NCBI RefSeq assembly: GCF_024521635.1 | Contig: NW_026250413.1 | Span: 558,001-622,000 of the forward strand | Source of the DNA: Tricharina praecox | Taxonomy: Eukaryota | Length of the DNA: 64,000 nt | Direction: 5' to 3' | In this document: one piece after another, positions 52,743 to 64,000 of the stretch | How the letters are laid out: each line of letters opens with the position of its first letter | How positions within the stretch are numbered: position 1 is the stretch's first letter | Made by a program: the position numbers and the translations under genes | The notes under the pieces: model-generated | What the model was told of the DNA's origin: nothing | The model's input: the letters and a program-made list of their open reading frames with translations, nothing else | The model's database searches: none

Positions 52743-54776
52743 TTACTCGGGAACTTCAATAGAAATGGCATATAAGCTGCGGCCGTTGGTATCCCACAGG
52801 GCGACATTGGCGCCCTCTTCCGTATACAGCTCCCACGCCCAACCCAGCAGCTCGGGAGTCCAGCGATCACCGCCGAAAACCTGCGGCGCACGCTCGGCAG
52901 CATCGGGGTGCAATCTGTCGAAAAGGTCGTGTATATCCTCGCCCGTCTCTTCGGGGAACGGATGGAACTGTGCGATGTACTCGAACCAGCGCTTCCACTT
53001 GTCGTCGCCCGTCAGGAACTTCCAGCAGAGGAAGAACGCCAGCACAACGTCCTCCTGCTCGGACTCGAACAGCTCCGAGACCGTGCCCGCCTCGAAGGCG
53101 GCGTCCGTAGCCGCCGCAAACAGCGCATCCCTCATCGCCGTCTCGATAGTGAAGATCTCCTTTCCGTCATGCTTGGCCAGCAACCTCGCGATCTCATCTT
53201 CGGAGCGCTTCACCGCCGCCCGAAGAATCGCCATCTGCCCGTCTCTATAAATATTTGCCGCGCGCTGCCTATCATTCCTCGGCTCGCCTGGCTCGACCGT
53301 GAATTTGCGCAGCTTGTGTTTCAGCGCCATCAACAGCTGGAATTCTGTGGCCATCGAGTTGCGGAGCGAGATGGAGTCCGCGGCGGGATCCGCCTCGAGC
53401 AGTGGCCTGTCACTCGGCGACGCCGTCAGGATGTGGAACAGCGTCGTCAGCTCTCTGGGGTATCCGCCGCCCAGGGTCAGGTGGTATATATTCCTGATCG
53501 ACGGCTGTGGCTGGCGCTCACGGATGCGCATCTGCGGCCCCGAGAGTCGCGGAGGAAACGCCAGGATCAGGCTGTCGGACGGGTTATCGGCGAGGGCGAA
53601 TCCGTAGCCCGCCAGTACTACATACATTTCCACCTCAGTTTCCTACCCGTGGGATATGCGTGACAACAACAGACAGACGGATTCATGTGACCTACGCTCT
53701 TCGTTCGATTTTGCGCCGTAGTTGTTGTAGACCTCGACGCCGAGCTGCAGCCCATCCACCGTCTCGAAGCCCAGCTCGTCCTTCCCCACGCGCCACGTTA
53801 TCCGCTCTCGCGGCCGGTGGTTGAGGCTGTCCAGGAGCGGGACCAAGGCCGGGTTCATGTACCTATCACCCGTGGCGCGCATGCCCGAGTCCGGCGCATT
53901 CTGGTCCCCCTCCATCTCGAACTGCGGCTCGTTCAGATTTCTCTGCAGCTGCGGAGCCTGCACGACATTCTCGTACATGAGGACCTCCGGAAAGCAGCGG
54001 GAAGTGAGCAGCGTAGCCGCCCAGCGAAAGAGCTCCCTGTAGAATCCGCGCCCCCCATCAATATCGGCGCCGGAGCAAGGGTGGTAGATATATAGGTAAT
54101 ATCCTCACCAGCAGCACCCCTCAACATCCTCCCCGGCGGCAGTGAGAATTTCGACACCTTGTTCCCACTCCGCTTTCCACGCGGCCCTCTTGCCCTCCAC
54201 GACGTTGGCGTCCATATTGCACCCGTCGAGGAACCGCATATCGTCGTCGTCAAACTTGTACAGCGGCGTATCAAACTCCCGCGGCAGAATTCTTAGATAC
54301 GGCGCCCAGAACGAGCGCTCCCCCAGCAGCTTCTGCTGGCAGATGAAGAAACACAGCGCCGCGCGCGGTGTCAAGGTCGGGGTCGAGGTGCGCCCATCGA
54401 AAGATTTACTCGAGATGTCGTTGCAGACCGTGACCGAGGGGAACGCCGCAGAGGCTTTGCTAACGTCGAGGATCAGCGCGTGCGGGACCGAGACGAATCG
54501 GGTGCCGGCGGGGACCGCCCAGGTCGTGATGCAGCGTGCACCTGAGTCTGGCTCCGAATCTGTGCGGAGCCCAGTTTAGTAGAAGTCCGCGCGGGGGAAG
54601 GGGTGGCGGAGAGAGGGAATCCCCAGCGGCCAGCCAGCCCCGCCAGAAAAAACTCTTGCTTGCTTACTGTAGGGTGGAAACACGAGCGCTTCGTGGATGA
54701 AAGCGCCGTTGGCGATCAGCCAGTTGCAGTAGTCATTCCAGGCTTCGTTTGTGGAGAATTGGCGTGCGGTGGCCAT
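52743..54776 (-). CDS. SET-domain protein lysine methyltransferase (Rubisco-LSMT / Efm1-Rkm1-like); 4 exons
   Basis: WLIANGAFIH, SFWAPYLRILPREFDTPLY, LLTSRCFP, LVPLLDSLNHRP and YNNYGAKSNEE|LLAGYGF, a SET signature of the non-histone class. Confidence 0.88.
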
Positions 54777-55357
54777 TGTTCTGTGGCAGCGGTTGAGGTC
54801 ACTGGTGCTGGCTGCTGGAGGAGGTTGCCCCACCATGGTATGCATAGGAAAACATTCCTAGCGTGGCTGGCTGCAGCAGCGAAACGAAACTTGGACGTGC
54901 TTGACTCGACTCGAAGCTGGGAAAGTGGACGGTTTCGCAACATACTGCACGGAGACAGGTATTACTCCGTGATAATCGTGGACGCTTATGGCTGGGCTTG
55001 GGCATTCGGTGGATGCTGGACTCTGGAGACTGCAGCGTCTCCGTGTTGCGTTTTGATTCTCTACAGCTCACCGTTCAATATCCGAATATACAGAGTTAGA
55101 GTTACTGGGTACGGTAGTAGTGGGGTTGCATACCGTCTCGCAGACCATCGTTCGTGACTGGCTTGGCTGCTACTGACGCAGGGTCTCTCGCGCAAGAGAA
55201 GAACGACAGGGTGCGTTATGTACGAACTGTGGGGAACAAACATGAAAACCCAAATTTTATTTTTCAAGCAATTCAAACAAAGTCGGAAACACCAATGGTA
55301 TCATCATTCGCGCCCGCCCGCCAAGACCACAATCACGACAGACAAACCAGACAATAT

Positions 55358-56378
<1,021 letters not shown>

Positions 56379-58471
56379 CGTGTTGAACTCGTAATAAGGT
56401 GGATAGAGATGGGGGTGGTTTGGAGGGTGGCCGATAGTGTTCGGTCGAGATGGTGATGAGCGGCGGCGAGTTGAGAGTTCGCGTGTGCGAACAGGGGCAG
56501 TGGGGTGGGGGTGGAGAATTGAGTTTAGGCGAAGAGGAGAGAGGTCTCGCACCGCAGTACTCAGTTAAATACCTTCACCACCCCGTCTTTCAAGTGCACT
56601 ACTCATGAATGATTGCCGTGAAGCCTGTAACGGACTTCAATGGCTAGGTCACCGATTTCTGCATGTTGGCATCCATTCCTCGTTCCGGCGTGCGAATTCG
56701 TTGGTTTGATGCTTCGTTGCTTCAAGTTTGGCCGTCTCCGGGACGGGAAGGCAAGGGACCAGTCACCATCAGCAGCGAGGGGTGCTCGGCCGTTTAACGT
56801 TTTACACAAGTAGACACAACTTTAAAAGTTAAAACTTCGCGGAAGGGGGTGGGGGAGTCGACTGGCATGTGCCATGGCAACCAAGGATGAGCTCGAGAGC
56901 GTCAACCAGCAGCAAGCAGCACTGAGCAGCACGAAGGATCATCACCCACTAACTACTCTACCTACTCCCACCACCTCCACCGCCTCCACTGCCATCATCA
57001 TGATATCTCACCGCAGCACCTCCTGCCACCAGGTGAGCACTAACTAGACGAATTGTCTACGCGCCGCCACCACTGCCAAACCCACCCCACCGCCACTTCA
57101 AATTCTTCCGCCGCATCTCGCCCCGTTCTTGCGGTTTCTTGGTTTCCTCGTCTGGCTAGGTACAGCAACTGAGCTATATCCGCCCTCCGCTATTCTCACC
57201 GATCGAACAAGTTTGGGAGCAACAGCATCTCAGCCCATCGCCACACGTTCTTCTCTCCTTCCATCGCTATCCTGTCAGCCCATCCACCCACGAGGAGAAG
57301 AAGAAGGAAGGGATGAAACAACACCTCCCGCATCCCCCTCCCGTTCAAAAAAGAAGAGAAAAAAGAGAGGAAAAAACAAAAACAAAAGGCAAAATAAAGG
57401 TGCATCCAAAAGAAAAACCTCCCGCCGACAAAACGAAAGAAAAAAAGCGAAAGAAAAAAACAGTTAATCCCCTTGCAGGAGTGCAGCCATCTCTTGCTTC
57501 GTGTCGATCAATGGTATCTCCTCCAAGGAGAAGAGGAGGGTCCTTGCTTCCATCTGATTCTCCTGCTCGTGTCGTCCAACCCCACAGCTGTGGTTATTGC
57601 CGGCAATTAAGGCCTGAGCTCCTCCCTGCCCACCGCTGCTTATCGATAGAGCAGACGAGGCTCCGCATCCACGCGCTGATTGGCGTCGAAGAGGGGCAAC
57701 CTCCCAGCCTGCGGAAAACTGCTTGTTTGATATGAGATGCTGCAGAAACAACTGCAGCTTTTCTGCACAGAACCATTCCGAATCTTCTCAAACTCCGACT
57801 CGTCCCGCATCGCGGCCAGCCAGGTGGAGAAATGCCGCCTGTCAATTGGAGCCCACACTACCAGTAGAGTGCTGTGGGTTTGTAGACGATGTCCACTGTC
57901 TGGTAGAGTGAGTGGGTACTCTAGAGTGTTAGAGTGGTGTCTAGAGTACCTCACCGCGCGGAATGCGGTACATAATTGCGGACAGCCATACAGTGCGATA
58001 GAGAGCGCTGCTCCCTAAGATGCTCACATATCAGCACCAGTGCGGTATCAGTGCCATCCACCATCTAGAGTACTGCCTCCGCCCGTTATTCCTCATAAGC
58101 GCGGCATTTAAACGTTGTTCTTCCATATTTCGTGCAGCGGGGCAAGCCAAAACAGACTGATAGGTTATAGTACGGACGTGTCGGTCTCCGCCATGGCTCA
58201 TGGCCCATGGCCATCCCCCTCCACCTCCCTCCTCAGCCATCCCAACCCTCCGCCGATAGCTGCGAGCAGCAAGCTAGCCAGTGACGTAAATGATCAGAAT
58301 TACCTTGCAACCAGCAAACAAACCCGAGAAAAAAACGCCTTCTCCTCATCTCCATCCACCGCCAACTCTTCCCTTCTCCACACCAAAAAATAACGCCCCT
58401 CACCCAATCCCCCCCCCCCCCCACAGCAGCTTAGAGCCGAGAAAGAGGTTCAAGAAAGCTCCGCCGTAGCG

Positions 58472-58479
58472 TATATAAA
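58472..58479 (+). promoter_or_regulatory. Probable TATA box of the branching enzyme gene
   Basis: TATATAAA 200 bp upstream of the ATG, followed by a CT-rich tract. Confidence 0.5.
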
Positions 58480-58671
58480 ATTATATAACTCCATCTCCTC
58501 CGCCGCCATCCTCCTCCTCCTGTTCCCTTCTTCTACTATTGCTCGTCTTCATACCAACCAAAACACCCCCACCTACCCCCCTCCCCCCCGGAGCTCTGAC
58601 CTCCAGCTATCACACCTAGACCCCACCGCCCAAACCCCAACCCTACCCCCCACCCAACCTCCATCCTCACC

Positions 58672-61490
58672 ATGGCGAGCAAAGGAGTAGCGGCCACGGC
58701 CAAAGGCGTCACGGCCTCCGTCAAGGATGCCTTCGCTCAGGCTAAGGCCAAGACCGTCGGCACGACCACGGACACCACCGTCACCAAGTCTGCGCCCCCC
58801 AAGTCTGCACCGCCGAAGGTCGAGTCCGTCGAGGATGATTACCCTAAGGACGGTACTGGCGTCATAAGACTGGACCCATGGCTCGAGCCGTTCCAGGATG
58901 CCCTGCGCACGCGCTATTCCAAAGCTCAGTCGTGGATCAAGTCTCTGAGTGAGACCGAAGGTGGACTTGCTGAGTTCTCCAAGGTACGTACAATATCACT
59001 CACTCGTGTTCTGCCGTCTCGTCTCGGGGATGGGAAGGGAGGAAACGGTTGGCTGATCGATTTCGGTACAGGGTTACGAGAAGTTCGGTATCACCGTTGC
59101 GCCGAACAATGACATTACATACCGGGAGTGGGCGCCGAATGCGGTTGCCGCCCACTTCTTCGGAGATTTCAGTAAGCGGCACCGCTCTCGGATACTTTTC
59201 AAACTCGGGAGACGCTGACATGCCGATCAAACAGACAACTGGGACCGTTCGTCCCACCCCATGAAGAAGAACGACTATGGTGTGTGGGAGATCACTCTCC
59301 CCGCAGTGAAGGGAAAGACGGCGATTGAGCATGGATCGAAAGTGAAGGTTAGCTGCTTGTCCTCTTCCACAGGATTTCCCCTCCTCCCCCTCCCCCCGAT
59401 GTTCAGAGAGTACATGTGCTCACATGCGGTGCGAATGATGTAGATCACGATGGAGACCCCCAACATGGGACACATCGACCGGTTGCCCGCCTGGATCCAG
59501 TACGTCACGCAAGATTTGGCCGTCAGCCCGGTATACGACGCACGTTTCTGGAACCCCAAGAAATACGTCTTTAAGAACCCCCGTCCCCCGAAGCCCAAGA
59601 GCGCCCGCGTCTACGAGGCCCACATCGGTATCAGCACGTCCGAGTATAAGGTCGGCACATACAACGAGTTCACCTCGAACATCCTGCCCAGGATCAAGAA
59701 GCTCGGATACAACATCATCCAGCTTATGGCCGTCCAGGAGCATGCGTACTACGCTTCTTTCGGTTACCAGGTCACTTCGTTCTTCGCCGCTTCCAGCAGA
59801 TATGGAACTCCCGAGGAGCTGAAGGTGCTGATCGACACCGCACACGGAATGGGCATCACTGTCCTGCTCGATATCGTCCACTCGCACGCCTGCAAGAACG
59901 TGTTGGACGGATTGAACGAGTTTGACGGCAGCGACCATCTCTACTTTCACGAGGGTGGAAAGGGCCGCCACGAGCTGTGGGACTCGAGGCTGTTCAACTA
60001 CGGCCATCACGAGGTCTTGCGATTCCTGTTGTCGAACCTGCGGTTCTACATCGAGGAGTTCAACTTCGATGGTTTCCGTTTCGACGGTGTCACCAGTATT
60101 CTTTACACCCACCACGGTATCGGAACGTAAGTGGTTGCATCCACAGCTCTTGCTGCGGGACATCTATCTCTTTCGGAGATCCGTATCGCTAACTTTGACC
60201 AAATAGAGGATTTTCCGGTGGTTACCACGAGTACTTCGGTCCCAATGTCGATGATGAGGGTATTGTCTATCTCATGCTGGTATGTATATCTCTTTGGTAC
60301 GACCGACGCAACGCACCGTTACTCACATCATTTTCCCACAGGCCAATGAGATGCTCCACGACATCTACCCCGACTGTATCACAATTGCGGAGGATGTGTC
60401 TGGCATGCCTGCACTCTGCCTCAAACTTGCTCTCGGTGGTGTCGGATTCGATTACCGTCTGGCGATGGCTATCCCCGACATGTGGATCAAGCTTCTGAAG
60501 GAGAAGAAGGATGAGGACTGGGATATTTCCAACATCTGCTGGACACTGACCAACCGCCGTCACGGCGAGAAGACCATCGCTTACGCCGAGTCTCACGATC
60601 AAGCGTATGTTTATCTTCCAAAGCCCCCCGTCCGAACTAGGCACTGATGATACCAGGCTCGTGGGTGACAAAACCATCCTCTTCTGGCTGTGTGACAAGG
60701 AGCTGTACACCAACATGTCCACGCTCACCGAGTGCACTCCGATCATCGACCGTGGAATGTCTCTCCACAAGATGATCCGTCTGTTGACCCACTCGCTGGG
60801 TGGAGAGGGATACCTTAACTTCGAAGGTGAGATTTCCGTTTCACCCCCAAGCCGAGTGATGCAATTAACACCCTGCAGGAAACGAGTTCGGTCACCCCGA
60901 ATGGCTCGACTTCCCTCGTGCTGGAAACAACAACTCTTTCCACTACGCCAGGCGGCAGTTCAACCTCATCGACGACGATCTCCTGCGTTACAAGATGCTG
61001 AACGAGTTCGATGCCGCTATGCAGCATCTCGACGAGCAGTACGAGTGGCTCGGCGCCCCGCAGGCATACATCAGCTTGAAACACGAGGGCGACAAAGTTA
61101 TCGTCTTTGAGCGGGCTGGCTTGCTCTTCGTCTTCAACTTCCACGCTACCGTAAGTACTCACTCAACGTTCTGAAATGTGTCGGATGGGTTGTCTAATTG
61201 GACTTTGCGAAATACAGAACAGCTTCACCGATTACCGAGTTGGCATTGATCGCGCGGGCAAGTACAAGATTGTCCTGAACTCTGACAGGAAGGAGTACGG
61301 TGGATGGGGCCGAATTGACGAGAGCGTCCGCTTCTTCACAACGGACATGCCATGGAACGGTCGGTCGAACTTCACACAGATCTACCGTAAGTTTTCCCAA
61401 GGAGAAGACGCAGTGGCTCTGTATCAGTACTGACATTTATCTCTAGTTCCCTGCAGGACGGCCCTCGTCTTTGCGCCCGATCAGGAGTAG
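58672..61490 (+). CDS. GLC3: 1,4-alpha-glucan (glycogen) branching enzyme, GH13_8; about 10 exons
   Basis: [89 protein letters not shown] and [19 protein letters not shown]. Confidence 0.98.
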
Positions 61491-62191
61491 GTTAGGTTGG
61501 AAAAGAAGGAGCAGCGGGTTTAGGCATAGAGACTGGCTTGTCGTTTCGTTATATTGTTCCTCCAGTGTTGCGGGTGTAGGATTGGATAGGGTGAATGGCT
61601 GGATGGATGGATGGATACCGGTAGCTGGTGGTCGTATTGTCATGAATTTTTTCTTTTTGCGGGGCAACTTCTCGGAATATCGTCCTCATTTTGGGCGGTT
61701 ACATAATATCAACATTGCATTGAAGGCACATTCATGACCACATAACAAATCGAAGTGATATGTAAGAATTTAGCAAATACTATACAAAAAGCGGAGAGTG
61801 AGGCGTGCTGGCACAGAGAGTGACTTTGCATGTGCGAGTAGAGTGCTCTACAGGCTCCACCTATCGCTTCCATAGTGATTTAGCCACTCTCCATGCAATT
61901 CTCCACCCGAGCGAATTTTTCCCCTCACCGAAACGTCGTTTGGAGGTCGTCGCTGAGTGAGGCGGTTGAAAAGCGTTCCGGATGAAAGGTGACATAGTAC
62001 CGCGCTAATTCGGCAACAAACAACCCTGGCAACAATCCTATTGTTGGTGGGTACGTTGCGGCGATTTCGGGTGGCAGCGTTCCCACTCCAAAATCATCGC
62101 CCTCTTTTCTCCTAGTTCCTCCGCTCCTACCCCCCCCCCAACACTCCTCTCCTCTCATTCCATCCTATACCCCCCCTCCCACCAACCCATC

Positions 62192-64000
<1,809 letters not shown>

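Overview
Eukaryotic, intron-containing DNA from a filamentous ascomycete (Pezizomycotina-type genes, short GT-AG introns with CTRAC/CTAAT branch points). I reconstructed 16 protein-coding genes by hand-splicing. In order: Rab2-like GTPase (partial), CTL/Pns1-family choline-transporter-like protein, mitochondrial citrate synthase, mitoribosomal Rsm27/mS33, NCE101, ATG8, Nrd1/Seb1, plasma-membrane H+-ATPase PMA1, an Ssr4-like SWI/SNF-RSC subunit, a MARVEL protein, O-acetylhomoserine sulfhydrylase, mitochondrial ClpX, a SET-domain methyltransferase, IDI1, glycogen branching enzyme and ATP synthase beta (partial). I found no tRNA, rRNA, CRISPR array or intact transposon. The most notable unexplained structures are: (1) a ~15 kb gene-free region upstream of PMA1 with ~34 copies of one heptamer (TACTCTA/TAGAGTA); (2) an unusually long Nrd1/Seb1 intron with a consensus, frame-shifting alternative 3' splice site, suggesting autoregulation; (3) three diverged ~0.7-0.9 kb repeat copies at 4.8-8.05 kb; (4) a candidate uORF and a stop-free in-frame intron in PMA1; (5) an Ssr4-like gene apparently lacking its N-terminal domain. 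Exon boundaries and counts were read by eye, no database search was run, and the regulatory interpretations are hypotheses.
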